Origin: a virus
Taxonomy: Duplodnaviria > Caudoviricetes
Virus record (IMG/VR): IMGVR_UViG_3300028586_000034
Location: 1 to 44,739 of that record
Reading direction: 5' to 3' (one strand)
DNA length: 44,739 nt
Part shown: piece after piece, positions 1 to 7,960 of the stretch
Numbering within the stretch: the first letter of the stretch is position 1
How the letters are laid out: each line of letters opens with the position of its first letter
The notes under the pieces: model-generated
What the model was told of the DNA's origin: nothing
Database searches by the model: none
Seen by the model: only the letters and a program-made list of their open reading frames with translations
Position numbers and translations under genes: made by a program

Positions 1-159
1 AAGTAGATTTCGGACTGCACGTACGACTGCTTCCCCGGCTTGGCGAACTTGTTCTTCGGGGTGCTAATGCCGCGCAGCGCTTGTGCATCTGGGCTGTTCA
101 GGGAACCGAGCTGTAGGATAACGTCGGTCGCGCCCTGCACAGCGGTCTTGCTGTCCTTG
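1..159. repeat. Terminal overlap with 44581-44739 (circular-assembly redundancy, not the physical terminal repeat)
   Basis: 159 nt identical to the window end except position 33 (C) vs 44613 (A); lies inside the helicase CDS. Confidence 0.95.
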
Positions 160-1229
160 AGGCAGGTGTACGAGGGGTACAGCATGTTGTCCCCATCCAC
201 GCTGATCTGGATCGTACCGAGCAGGATGTGGTCGTGGTTCACGGCCATCTCCCGGCCAGTCTGCCAGAGCTGTTCCACCTCGTCGGCCTTGTTGCCGCCT
301 GCCGTGCTCTTACCCAGCCGCACGTTCGCCATCATGTCGTAGATCACGACGCAAGGGTTCATCGCCTCGATCACTTGCTCGATCTGAGCCATGCTCATAC
401 CGTGCGCGTTCTTGATCTTGATGTAGTCCTTGTCCGTGCCGATAGCGGCCTCGAACGCGGTCTCCAGCGTGCCAGCGTTGGACAAGGCGATAATCTCGTC
501 CAGGTCCATACCGAGCGCCGCCTGATACACACGGGGCTTGATGCGCTTACCGTCACCCTCGTTCACCAGCCAGAGGATCGGGCGGTTAGCGCCGAAGAAC
601 TGCACGCACTGCGGGGCGAAGTCGGTGATGATGTCCGCCAGCAGCGAGGTCTTGCCCTTGTCGGGGCGAGCGCCGATAGCGATGCTGGCACCGCCTTGCA
701 GGCCGATCAGGTTGTCGCGCAGCACTTGAATGCGGCGGAACTTGATGCCCGAGTCGTTATCCACAGCCGCCAGCAGCTCACCGATTGGGGTGTCCACGTA
801 CGTGTCTGGCGTGCTCTGCCCGATGCTGCGGAGCGTGCTGTCTGCGAGCTGCTTCATCTCGAACGCGAGGTTCACTTCCTCACCGTTGTTGAAGCGTGCC
901 AGGATTGCCCCAGCCTTGCCCGACAGGCTCAGCTCCTCCAACTGCCCGACGATACCGTTCAGGCTGTCCTCGTTGATCGGCTTGCGCAACTGATCCACGA
1001 GATGGAGTGTGAGTGCAGTGCTCTCGGCATCGCCGCCCGAGCGGAGCTTGACCAACGAGGCCAGCTCGTCGTGGTTCACCGCCTTGTGCTCGGGGAACGT
1101 GTCGAAATACAGGCGGAACCACTGCAACATGGTTCCGGTTGAATCCGCCAGCATACCGGGCGGCACAGCGCCCGCTAAGCTCTTGTAGCGGTTGCGCTCA
1201 GAGAGAGCGCCGAGAACAAGTAAATCTAT
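1..1229 (-). CDS. DnaB-like replicative helicase, N-terminal part (continues across the junction to 44538; ~423 aa)
   Basis: Frame read by hand, absent from the ORF track because it runs off the edge; Walker A IAIGARPDKGKTSLL; directly after primase; start proposed at ATA 1229-1227 behind AGGAGG (start uncertain). Confidence 0.9.
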   Translation of the reverse strand, partial: MDLLVLGALSERNRYKSLAGAVPPGMLADSTGTMLQWFRLYFDTFPEHKAVNHDELASLVKLRSGGDAESTALTLHLVDQLRKPINEDSLNGIVGQLEELSLSGKAGAILARFNNGEEVNLAFEMKQLADSTLRSIGQSTPDTYVDTPIGELLAAVDNDSGIKFRRIQVLRDNLIGLQGGASIAIGARPDKGKTSLLADIITDFAPQCVQFFGANRPILWLVNEGDGKRIKPRVYQAALGMDLDEIIALSNAGTLETAFEAAIGTDKDYIKIKNAHGMSMAQIEQVIEAMNPCVVIYDMMANVRLGKSTAGGNKADEVEQLWQTGREMAVNHDHILLGTIQISVDGDNMLYPSYTCLKDSKTAVQGATDVILQLGSLNSPDAQALRGISTPKNKFAKPGKQSYVQSEIY

Positions 1230-1238
1230 GATACCCTC

Positions 1239-2018
1239 CTAGAGGCTGTTTGCGTACGCCTGAATCTCTTGCACGATCAGGTCTTTCGGGTCGTGGTCCG
1301 GGGGCGCACACATCTCGGTGCCGCTCAGGCCCATGCCCCGGACTGCCCGAGCGCCACGCGCCGCGCCCTTGTACCCGGCTTCGTCGCCGTCGTAGAAGAA
1401 CGCGATCTGGTTGTGCTCAAGCAGCTTGAGCATCAGGCAGTTCGGCACTTGCGTACCGAGCGAGCTGTACACCGTGAACGGCATGCCACGCAGCGCCCAT
1501 CGCACCTTGAAGAAGCTGAACGGGTCTTCCACCACGATGGCGGTACTGTGCCGCTCGCCACTGTCGAGGTGCTTCTGCCCGTTGAACGTGAGCCACTTCT
1601 GAGGGCTGCGCCCCGTGGTATCCCGCCCCAACCAGCCATCGCACCAATGCACCAGCAGGCGCATGCGTTCCTTGCTGAACATCAGTGGGCTGTCGAAGTA
1701 CGCCGAGTCCATGTGCTTCACAGCCAGGAACCCGAGCACACCATCGCGCACCGCCTGATCGGCGTCCAGCACGTACTGCATGTCGTGCGGGAGCGTGAGG
1801 TCGTGCGACTTCGCCGGTGGCGGCAAGCCCGTAACCTTGACGTGCTCCTTCATGTGGACAGCGCCTTGCTTGCACGCCATGCAGAACGCCGTGTAGCGAT
1901 CCTGGAGGTTGCGCACCACTAAGTTAGGGCGGCTCTCACGCAAGTGGTGGTAGCGTGCAGAGCCGTTGATCGGGGCGCGTTTCGCTAGGTGCAGCCACTC
2001 CTCATCCGGGAGCGCCAC
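1239..2018 (-). CDS. DNA primase (phiKMV-type, TOPRIM)
   Basis: N-terminal His/Cys Zn-binding region (HH...CMAC), VVEDPFS and YDGDEAG TOPRIM motifs, DPKD; probable GTG start at 2018 right after the upstream stop. Confidence 0.9.
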   Translation of the reverse strand: MALPDEEWLHLAKRAPINGSARYHHLRESRPNLVVRNLQDRYTAFCMACKQGAVHMKEHVKVTGLPPPAKSHDLTLPHDMQYVLDADQAVRDGVLGFLAVKHMDSAYFDSPLMFSKERMRLLVHWCDGWLGRDTTGRSPQKWLTFNGQKHLDSGERHSTAIVVEDPFSFFKVRWALRGMPFTVYSSLGTQVPNCLMLKLLEHNQIAFFYDGDEAGYKGAARGARAVRGMGLSGTEMCAPPDHDPKDLIVQEIQAYANSL

Positions 2019-2020
2019 GC

Positions 2021-2326
2021 TTAGCCGAAAGCTTGTGCGAGTACAGCACCGACAGCGAGGCCGCACGCCGCGTAGTACCAGTGCGCCATACGGGCTGCGC
2101 GTCGGTACGAGTGCAGCGCAGCCTTCGCCTCCTGCTTGGCCTCGTACTCGGCCTGCCAGTCAACCCGGTGCGTCTCTGCACGCTTACGATTATGCGCAAC
2201 TTGGTCGAGCAATTCCTGCACGAACTTCGTGAGGCTCTTAACCTCGCCCTCCAGTTTAGCGACCTTGCCGCTCGAAGGGGATGCCGCCTTGGCTTTAGCT
2301 GGGCGACCGTAGCTTCCGTAATTCAT
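2021..2326 (-). CDS. Hypothetical protein, coiled coil plus C-terminal hydrophobic segment
   Basis: ORF 2021..2356 trimmed to the ATG behind GAAAGG; heptad-like VAKLEGEVKSL; hydrophobic tail YYAACGLAVGAVLA. Confidence 0.7.
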   Translation of the reverse strand: MNYGSYGRPAKAKAASPSSGKVAKLEGEVKSLTKFVQELLDQVAHNRKRAETHRVDWQAEYEAKQEAKAALHSYRRAARMAHWYYAACGLAVGAVLAQAFG

Positions 2327-2349
2327 AGTACCTTTCAGGTGCAGTGGAG

Positions 2350-2386
2350 AAAACAAAGGGGACTAGGCGCATGGCCCAATCCCCTT
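2350..2386 (-). terminator. Rho-independent terminator (early-terminator candidate)
   Basis: Minus strand AAGGGGATTGGGC-loop-GCCTAGTCCCCTT followed by TGTTTTCT. Confidence 0.75.
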
Positions 2387-2404
2387 CAGTTACTACACTA
2401 CTGC

Positions 2405-2920
2405 TTAGCCGATCAGGTTGCCGTTGATGTCAACCGGGCGACCGAACTCGTCCTCGCCCGCCGCTTCGCTGGTGGCGGCTGGGGCGGTTTCAGCGATGAC
2501 GCTGATGATCTGCGACGGCTGGATCACGATGGTGTCGGCGTCGAAGCCCGAGCCGTACGTGACCTTGTAGCGGGTCGAGCCGTTGTCATCGGTCTTGACG
2601 CCCAGGACACGGGCAGCGACTTCACGCGAGGTTTCAGCGCGACCGATACGGACGACGACTGCGGTGCCTTCTGCGACCGACGCCAGACGCTCGCTGGTCT
2701 CGATTTCCAGGCGCAGTGCCGCCAGGGTGGTGGTGTCAGCGGCGATGCGGGCCACCAGGACATCGACGCGGGCTGCGCGCTTCTGGGCTGGGGTCAGGGT
2801 CGGCTTGACTTCCGTGGCAGCGCCGCCGACCGAGCCGGTGGTGCCATCGGTGGCTTCCGACATGAAGCGGGTTGCGGAGGTAGCGAACAGGGCGATGGTA
2901 CGGGTATTGGTGCGGATCAT
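2405..2920 (-). CDS. Hypothetical early/middle protein
   Basis: 171-aa ORF, SD AGAAAGG, phage-like codon usage, followed by a terminator. Confidence 0.8.
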   Translation of the reverse strand: MIRTNTRTIALFATSATRFMSEATDGTTGSVGGAATEVKPTLTPAQKRAARVDVLVARIAADTTTLAALRLEIETSERLASVAEGTAVVVRIGRAETSREVAARVLGVKTDDNGSTRYKVTYGSGFDADTIVIQPSQIISVIAETAPAATSEAAGEDEFGRPVDINGNLIG

Positions 2921-3071
2921 GGTAGTGCCTTTCTTGTGGGTTGTTGCCTGTACTTTCTATGGCGCAGGCCGTCCGGGTCTTACGGTACTCAGGTCTATGG
3001 GCTTTGTTGGCCTTGCGGCTCACAGCGTTAGATCATGGGTTCCTCGTTCGTTATTGTTGTGCGAGTGCAGC

Positions 3072-3155
3072 TCACGCCTTGGGCGGAGTGCGCAGGATGG
3101 TGTACAGCAGGATCAACAGCAGCGCCGTTGCGTACGCAGCTCGGCAGGCGGTCAT
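3072..3155 (-). CDS. 27-aa hydrophobic micropeptide (MTACRAAYATALLLILLYTILRTPPKA)
   Basis: ATGA overlap with the upstream stop; single TM-like stretch; below the ORF-track cutoff. Confidence 0.5.
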   Translation of the reverse strand: MTACRAAYATALLLILLYTILRTPPKA

Positions 3156-3481
3156 TGCGGCTCGACGCCCTCGGCGTACCGGCGCACCACCTCGGCTTGT
3201 GGCACGAGACTGCGTGGGCGCACTTGGCCGTCGATAGCCTGAGCGAACACTGCCGCCTGAGCCGCGCTGATACCGTCCAGCGTTTCGGCTTGCGGCATGT
3301 GCTGCTTGCGCAGGTCGTCCAGCAGGGTCTGCGCCTCGTTCGTGGTACGAGCCAGCGGTGTTTCCCAGCGGCCCCGACCAGCGATGCTCAGGATGCCTTG
3401 GTAGTAGTGGTAACCGTCGATGTTACGCGGCACGACTTCATCGCGGTTCACGATGATCCCGGTTTCGATCTTACCCAGCAT
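3152..3481 (-). CDS. Hypothetical early protein
   Basis: 109-aa ORF, SD GGAGG, overlaps neighbours. Confidence 0.75.
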   Translation of the reverse strand: MLGKIETGIIVNRDEVVPRNIDGYHYYQGILSIAGRGRWETPLARTTNEAQTLLDDLRKQHMPQAETLDGISAAQAAVFAQAIDGQVRPRSLVPQAEVVRRYAEGVEPQ

Positions 3482-3806
3482 GGCGCACCTCCAGCACTTG
3501 CGGCTCGACGTGCTGCTGTGCAGCGTCGGCGGGCAGGCCCACGATTTCGATCTTGGCTGGGCTGACGGTGCCGCCCATGCCTGGAGTGTCGTAGATGGCG
3601 TCGGCCAGGGAGCACTTCACCACGGCGCGCAGACCGCCCTTGATGACTTGCTCCACGAATGCCTCATCGTTCGTTGGGTGCGCAGCGTGGGCTGCCGCCA
3701 GCGCCTTCGAGTGCGAGGTCTGGGCTTCCTTGCGGAACTCAGCTACGAGGTCGTCGGTGACGACGATGCGGAACGTGCCGCTGTAGGTGCCGGTGAACGT
3801 GCGCAT
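3471..3806 (-). CDS. Hypothetical early protein
   Basis: 111-aa ORF, SD GAGG, TGATG coupling to the upstream gene. Confidence 0.75.
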   Translation of the reverse strand: MRTFTGTYSGTFRIVVTDDLVAEFRKEAQTSHSKALAAAHAAHPTNDEAFVEQVIKGGLRAVVKCSLADAIYDTPGMGGTVSPAKIEIVGLPADAAQQHVEPQVLEVRHAG

Positions 3807-4096
3807 CAGTTCGCCTCACCCAGGAACTTTTGGATGCGAGTGCAGGCCGCACGGGCCTTCGCCGCCTCGGCGTGGCACTCGGAACGCTTGCCCAGCAGGC
3901 GGGTCAGTTGCCGCGTGTACAGCGATGCCAGCCAGCGACCCAGGCCGAGGTACACCTCGGTGAGGTACGCGCACTTCGTGTGGCTCGTCTCGGCCTTGTG
4001 GTCTTGACGCTCAGCCACGGCGGTGAGCTGGGCGACCTTGGCGTGGAACTCGCCCATGATCTTGTCGGTCGGGGACTTCTTAACGGGGAGGTTCAT
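3806..4096 (-). CDS. Hypothetical early protein (start MNLPVKK)
   Basis: ORF 3806..4261 trimmed to the ATG behind TAAGGA. Confidence 0.7.
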   Translation of the reverse strand: MNLPVKKSPTDKIMGEFHAKVAQLTAVAERQDHKAETSHTKCAYLTEVYLGLGRWLASLYTRQLTRLLGKRSECHAEAAKARAACTRIQKFLGEAN

Positions 4097-4103
4097 GCGT
4101 TCC

Positions 4104-4385
4104 TTAGTTGTGGTGGACGATGCGGGAGCGGCCCACGGTGGCCAGCGGGTACACGTACTCGGTGCGATCCACGATGATGTGGACGGCGTTCCCGATGACA
4201 CCGGCTTGCAGCGTAGCGCCCTGCGAGCTGGCGCGCTGGATGTCGAACGTCGGGCCAGCAAATTTCAGGATGCTCTTGAAGCGCAGACGGCCAGTGCGCC
4301 ACATGCTGTAGCGTGCGGCCCACTTGGCAGCACCTTTGAGGATCACTTGCGCCGAACGAACGTGCGGCAGTTGCGGTTTAGTCAT
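4104..4385 (-). CDS. Hypothetical protein, first gene after a putative phage promoter
   Basis: 93-aa ORF, SD GAAAGG. Confidence 0.7.
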   Translation of the reverse strand: MTKPQLPHVRSAQVILKGAAKWAARYSMWRTGRLRFKSILKFAGPTFDIQRASSQGATLQAGVIGNAVHIIVDRTEYVYPLATVGRSRIVHHN

Positions 4386-4403
4386 GTTGCCTTTCTATCT
4401 CTG

Positions 4404-4421
4404 CATACTATGTGACTCTAA
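4404..4421 (-). promoter_or_regulatory. Putative phage RNAP promoter, class 1 (TTAGAGTCACATAGTATG)
   Basis: 18-nt exact match to 33048-33065 and one mismatch to 19126-19143; intergenic; co-oriented with genes. Confidence 0.8.
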
Positions 4422-4425
4422 TTGC

Positions 4426-4566
4426 TTAGAGGGCGGGCTTGCTTTCGACCGGCTGGCGGGACTCCCAGGAGGAGCGTACTGGCACGGTTCTTGCTTTCTT
4501 CATCCATTCCGGTTCGGTGTCGAAAGTGACGCCGCGTGGGATTGGTGCAGGTACGGCGGGGTTCAT
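4426..4566 (-). CDS. 46-aa hypothetical protein
   Basis: ATGA overlap with the SAM lyase stop; fills the gap up to the promoter. Confidence 0.5.
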   Translation of the reverse strand: MNPAVPAPIPRGVTFDTEPEWMKKARTVPVRSSWESRQPVESKPAL

Positions 4567-4982
4567 GCGGCCAGCTCCAGCGCCGTGTGTGCCACGAACG
4601 CGCTGCCGTCACGCATCAAGGTGAACGAGCGGTACGTGCGGCGGAACGCTGGGCTGTTCACCAGTGCCGCGCTGTACTCCGATTCGGTGCCGATGGTACG
4701 CATGCGACCGTCCTCGTCCAGCAGGGACGCCTCACCGGCGATTTCCACGTACACCGACTCTTGCTTGTACGCCTTGCAGAGCTTGGCCGCGAAGCCCAGC
4801 ATCTCTTTTACACGGGTGAACCCGGAGACCAACAGCGAGGTCTCATTCGTCCCGTTGAACACGCCTTGCACCAGCGAGAACTTGTAATCCGTGCCCGCCA
4901 ACTGCACGATCAAGGCTGCGGTGGCTTTCGCGTTCTGTTCTGGCGTCTGTCCGGCCTGATAGGCCGATACGACTACTTTCAT
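4563..4982 (-). CDS. S-adenosylmethionine lyase (T3 gp0.3 SAMase-like), anti-restriction
   Basis: Blocks VVVSAY, EQN, GVFNGTNETSLLV, AAKLCKAYKQESVYV, SFTL..DG parallel the T3 SAMase blocks as recalled; 139 aa; early position; SD AGGA. Confidence 0.75.
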   Translation of the reverse strand: MKVVVSAYQAGQTPEQNAKATAALIVQLAGTDYKFSLVQGVFNGTNETSLLVSGFTRVKEMLGFAAKLCKAYKQESVYVEIAGEASLLDEDGRMRTIGTESEYSAALVNSPAFRRTYRSFTLMRDGSAFVAHTALELAA

Positions 4983-5046
4983 GTTGGTTCCTAGTTGAAC
5001 CGGGCAAGTCGCCCGCCGCAGCGCCGACTCGCGGCGCTGGAGCTGA

Positions 5047-5298
5047 TTACTTGTGCGAGTGCAGCGCCCTGTCCAGTCTGCTCCAGAACGCGTGACCTTG
5101 CGGCGTAAGCTCCCAGACAAAGGCGAACCCCAGGTCGGTGACGTGCAGGAAGAACCTGCCGCCCTCCGCAGGGTAGCCCCGCCGAGCCTTGCGCAGCTCA
5201 CGCAGAGCACGGCGTGGGTCGAGCACTGTGGATACCGCGCGGTGCAGCTTACTGCCCTTGACGTGGCACGAGCGGCGCAGTTGGCGGCAGGTAATCAT
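5047..5298 (-). CDS. Hypothetical early protein
   Basis: 83-aa ORF, SD GGAGG, ATGA overlap; F.WELTPQGHAFWS motif seen in small phage proteins. Confidence 0.7.
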   Translation of the reverse strand: MITCRQLRRSCHVKGSKLHRAVSTVLDPRRALRELRKARRGYPAEGGRFFLHVTDLGFAFVWELTPQGHAFWSRLDRALHSHK

Positions 5299-5516
5299 TG
5301 CACGTCCTCCCGGCGCTCTTGCTTGCGGCGGTCGATGCGGACGCCTTGCATTGCGATGCGGCGCTCATGCTTGCGCACTTCGCGCCCCGCTACCATGTCC
5401 GAAACGAATTGGTGCGGATAAACCTTACGTACCTGCTGTTGAGTCATGCTTGCTCCGAGTGTGCGCCGCAGCGCGTTAAGAAGTTGTACGTGGTGCGGCA
5501 CCGCAAGTTGCGCCAA
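5295..5516 (-). CDS. Hypothetical basic early protein
   Basis: 73-aa ORF, TTG start behind GGTGAGG. Confidence 0.55.
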   Translation of the reverse strand: MAQLAVPHHVQLLNALRRTLGASMTQQQVRKVYPHQFVSDMVAGREVRKHERRIAMQGVRIDRRKQERREDVQ

Positions 5517-5614
5517 TTGGGATCGCGCCTCACCCCACGTCTGGGGAATGCTTGGCCGAGTTCTATAGCGAAGGGTGGGTGCCGCAGGGCTTACAACCTC
5601 AAGATGCCAGTGCG

Positions 5615-5866
5615 CTAGGCACGGCCATCGTCAAAGTGTGAAACAGGTATCCCGGTGGGATGTCTAACAATGCGCCAACGCGCCTCTGATTGTGGCCCCA
5701 TAGTGGGGCTGTCGTGCGGCGGTAAGCCGCGCCATCTAAACTTCCATAGCTCTGGCTCCAGTGTGCCCGCAGATTCCATGAGCCGCGCCCATGTTATGCG
5801 ATCCCATCCTTGCGTCCTAGTGGACAAAGTACAGCGCCAACTCGTGACGCTGTGGTTTGCCTGCAC
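5615..5866 (-). CDS. Hypothetical early protein
   Basis: 83-aa ORF, GTG start overlapping the upstream TAG. Confidence 0.45.
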   Translation of the reverse strand: MQANHSVTSWRCTLSTRTQGWDRITWARLMESAGTLEPELWKFRWRGLPPHDSPTMGPQSEARWRIVRHPTGIPVSHFDDGRA

Positions 5867-6357
5867 TACTTGAGCCAGTCAATCGTTTCGATAGCAAACG
5901 CCAACTGGTCGTCAGGGAACTGCCCGCCGTGCTCGGCGGCGTAGTACGCCTGCCCCACGGTGTCCGTGTACATCAGCGCCCACTCCAGAGAGTCCGCGCC
6001 AAACTCAGCCGCAACCGCGCCGAGCTGTAGCCAGCCAATGGCGACTTCATCCGTGGTGGTGAATTGCAGCCGGTGCTGGACGTGCAGGCAGTCGTGCCAG
6101 TACCGCCCAGCCCAGTTAGCGCCCTGCGAGGTGTACACGGTCTTGTCGGATGCGCCGCGCCACACAGGTAGCGGTCGCCCGCTACTCATGGATGCCTTGT
6201 ACGCGGCCACCAGCTCCAGGTACGTCTCAGGGGCGACCGGTGCATCGACATACCCGAAGCCGAGCAGACGGCTGCGCAAGTCGGCCTGCTCCAGCACGAA
6301 GTTAGATAGGTTGCGCCGCGCTGTGTTCAGCAGCGGCATGCGGATAGCGGTTCCCAT
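5866..6357 (-). CDS. Hypothetical protein with RYWHD..H motif (possible metal-binding enzyme)
   Basis: 163-aa ORF, TAATG coupling to the upstream gene. Confidence 0.75.
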   Translation of the reverse strand: MGTAIRMPLLNTARRNLSNFVLEQADLRSRLLGFGYVDAPVAPETYLELVAAYKASMSSGRPLPVWRGASDKTVYTSQGANWAGRYWHDCLHVQHRLQFTTTDEVAIGWLQLGAVAAEFGADSLEWALMYTDTVGQAYYAAEHGGQFPDDQLAFAIETIDWLK

Positions 6358-7091
6358 TAGTGCGCCGTAGGGATAGCCGCACCGACAGCACCGCGACGCT
6401 CATGCTTGACATCGGCAGGCAGCGGCGGCAGCTTAGCCGTGCTGACCACGTTGAACGCTTCTTCGGTCGCGCTGATCGCATCGAACATCGCCTTAGCCTT
6501 GGCCGCATCTTCGCCGCCCTTTTGCATGGCTTTGAACAGGGTGTTCTTCACGTTCGTCATGTAGCCGCCGAAGTCCCAGTCAGTCGTGCCTTCACGGACG
6601 TTCTTGAAGTCCCAGAACGGCTTAGCCTTCGCATCGTCCATGAGCGTAGCGCTTGCCTTGTCGAACGCCAGTGGCAGCTGTTGCAGCGTGGCTTTGTCCT
6701 CGTTCGGCTTGAACTTGCCCATTGCCACCGCCCACTGAGCGAGTGCATTCCGACGGCTCGACTTCGGGAGAGCCATCACGAGGCGGTTCATGAGCGTCAC
6801 GTCGCCATGCTTGTCAGCGTGGTACAGGCACGCCAGACCAGCGCTGTGGATGTCAGTGTCGAATTTCTGGCCGCGAGTCTTGATGGACGTGATGAGCTTG
6901 TCCACCGCAGCCGCCGGAGCATCCACAGCAATCGACAGCTTAGCCGGTGCCGGTTCGACTACCGAGCGAGTGGCCTGCGCAATCGGTGCGCCTGCCTTGC
7001 CTGCTGCCTTGCGGGTTTCCGTGGTCGGGCCGTTCTGTGGCGTGGTGGCTTTCGCCTTGGTCTTGGTGGCGATAGGCTTTGCTGCGGTCAT
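6357..7091 (-). CDS. Conserved early protein of phiKMV-like phages
   Basis: Start MTAAKP behind GGAG; H...HGD......L..ALPK..R..AL..W pattern resembling an early protein family of this group; strongly biased codon usage. Confidence 0.8.
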   Translation of the reverse strand: MTAAKPIATKTKAKATTPQNGPTTETRKAAGKAGAPIAQATRSVVEPAPAKLSIAVDAPAAAVDKLITSIKTRGQKFDTDIHSAGLACLYHADKHGDVTLMNRLVMALPKSSRRNALAQWAVAMGKFKPNEDKATLQQLPLAFDKASATLMDDAKAKPFWDFKNVREGTTDWDFGGYMTNVKNTLFKAMQKGGEDAAKAKAMFDAISATEEAFNVVSTAKLPPLPADVKHERRGAVGAAIPTAH

Positions 7092-7134
7092 GATGAACTC
7101 CAGTGTAAAGTTAGGTACAGGGTTTGAATCGTGC

Positions 7135-7181
7135 AGAGCGCACGGTAATGCCCTGACATGCAAGGCATTGGCTTGTGCTCT
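7135..7181 (-). promoter_or_regulatory. Interrupted hairpin, candidate RNase III processing site
   Basis: AGAGCGCA..AATGCC / GGCATT..TGTGCTCT arms in an early intergenic gap. Confidence 0.45.
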
Positions 7182-7308
7182 AGAAGCGAACTACTTGATA
7201 CAGCCTGCCGCAAGCTCCGCAGCGGTACGTGTCTTTGATGGGCGAGAACACCCATTCAGGGTGGACTCGGTGCCGCCGCATCAGCACATAGTGGCAGCGG
7301 TGCATCAC
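7180..7308 (-). CDS. 42-aa putative Zn-ribbon peptide (HRC...CGACG)
   Basis: SD AGGAG, GTGA overlap with the upstream stop; translated by hand. Confidence 0.55.
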   Translation of the reverse strand: MMHRCHYVLMRRHRVHPEWVFSPIKDTYRCGACGRLYQVVRF

Positions 7309-7496
7309 AGCGAACTCCTGATGTGCGCAGAGCTGCGCTTAGCAGCGAAGTATGCGTCTATCAACTGCTGGATGAGTGCCGCCCCGTGCTCACTTTGCAG
7401 GCCGCTCAGGGTGATGTGGGACGTAGAAATCCAGGGGATGCCTGGCCTCTCTATCTCGGCTATGTACGCCGCTATTCTAGGGTCCGGCGTAGTCAC
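7305..7496 (-). CDS. Hypothetical early protein
   Basis: 63-aa ORF, SD AAGGAG, GTGA overlap. Confidence 0.65.
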   Translation of the reverse strand: MTTPDPRIAAYIAEIERPGIPWISTSHITLSGLQSEHGAALIQQLIDAYFAAKRSSAHIRSSL

Positions 7497-7729
7497 AGCG
7501 AACTCCTTATGTGGGATGACGACCGGCCCTTACTCAGCGTAGAGCGATCAATGCCCTCGTGTACCGCCTTGGCATTCTTGGCATTGTGGAAGCGGCCCTC
7601 TTGACCGTCCCGCTTGAGCCATGAGTCAGCCATACGCAGTCGAGCAATACGTGCCTCGGGTTGCTTGCTGAACGCCAGCTCTTGTCGCTTTGCTTCACGC
7701 TTCACAGCGCGCTTAGTTGCGGTTCCCAT
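7493..7729 (-). CDS. Hypothetical basic early protein
   Basis: 78-aa ORF, SD GGAGG, TAATG overlap. Confidence 0.65.
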   Translation of the reverse strand: MGTATKRAVKREAKRQELAFSKQPEARIARLRMADSWLKRDGQEGRFHNAKNAKAVHEGIDRSTLSKGRSSSHIRSSL

Positions 7730-7863
7730 TAACGCCTCCGGCTCAGGAAAGCCGCCGCCACGGTCACAGAGTAGCCGTGCCGTTTCAGGTAGCGTGCTGC
7801 TGTGGCGGTATCGAACTGGACTTGCAGCGTACGTGCTACCGCTGCATCAAGTGTGCTAATCAT
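7729..7863 (-). CDS. 44-aa hypothetical protein, probable first early gene
   Basis: MISTLDAAVARTLQVQFDTATAARYLKRHGYSVTVAAAFLSRRR; SD AAGAGG; coupled to the next gene. Confidence 0.65.
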   Translation of the reverse strand: MISTLDAAVARTLQVQFDTATAARYLKRHGYSVTVAAAFLSRRR

Positions 7864-7887
7864 GTTCAACCTCTTACAAGTGAAAGG

Positions 7888-7960
7888 CTTGGTAGCTCTG
7901 TTAGAGGTCGGTCAACGCCGTTGCTCTACGCTGGCCTAGAACAGCGCCAGAGCTACCAAG
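7888..7960 (-). promoter_or_regulatory. Long hairpin upstream of the first gene, candidate RNase III site
   Basis: Perfect 13-bp inverted repeat CTTGGTAGCTCTG (7888-7900) / CAGAGCTACCAAG (7948-7960). Confidence 0.55.

Noticed and set aside
1-159. 159-bp end repeat as the phage direct terminal repeat
   Set aside because: It falls mid-helicase; the physical ends are expected in the non-coding region near 9100-9560
5520-5615. Twister-like loop AGG-TTGTAAGC-CCT on the minus strand
   Set aside because: No convincing P1/P2 helices, UAA cleavage context or pseudoknot partner; an Infernal scan would settle it
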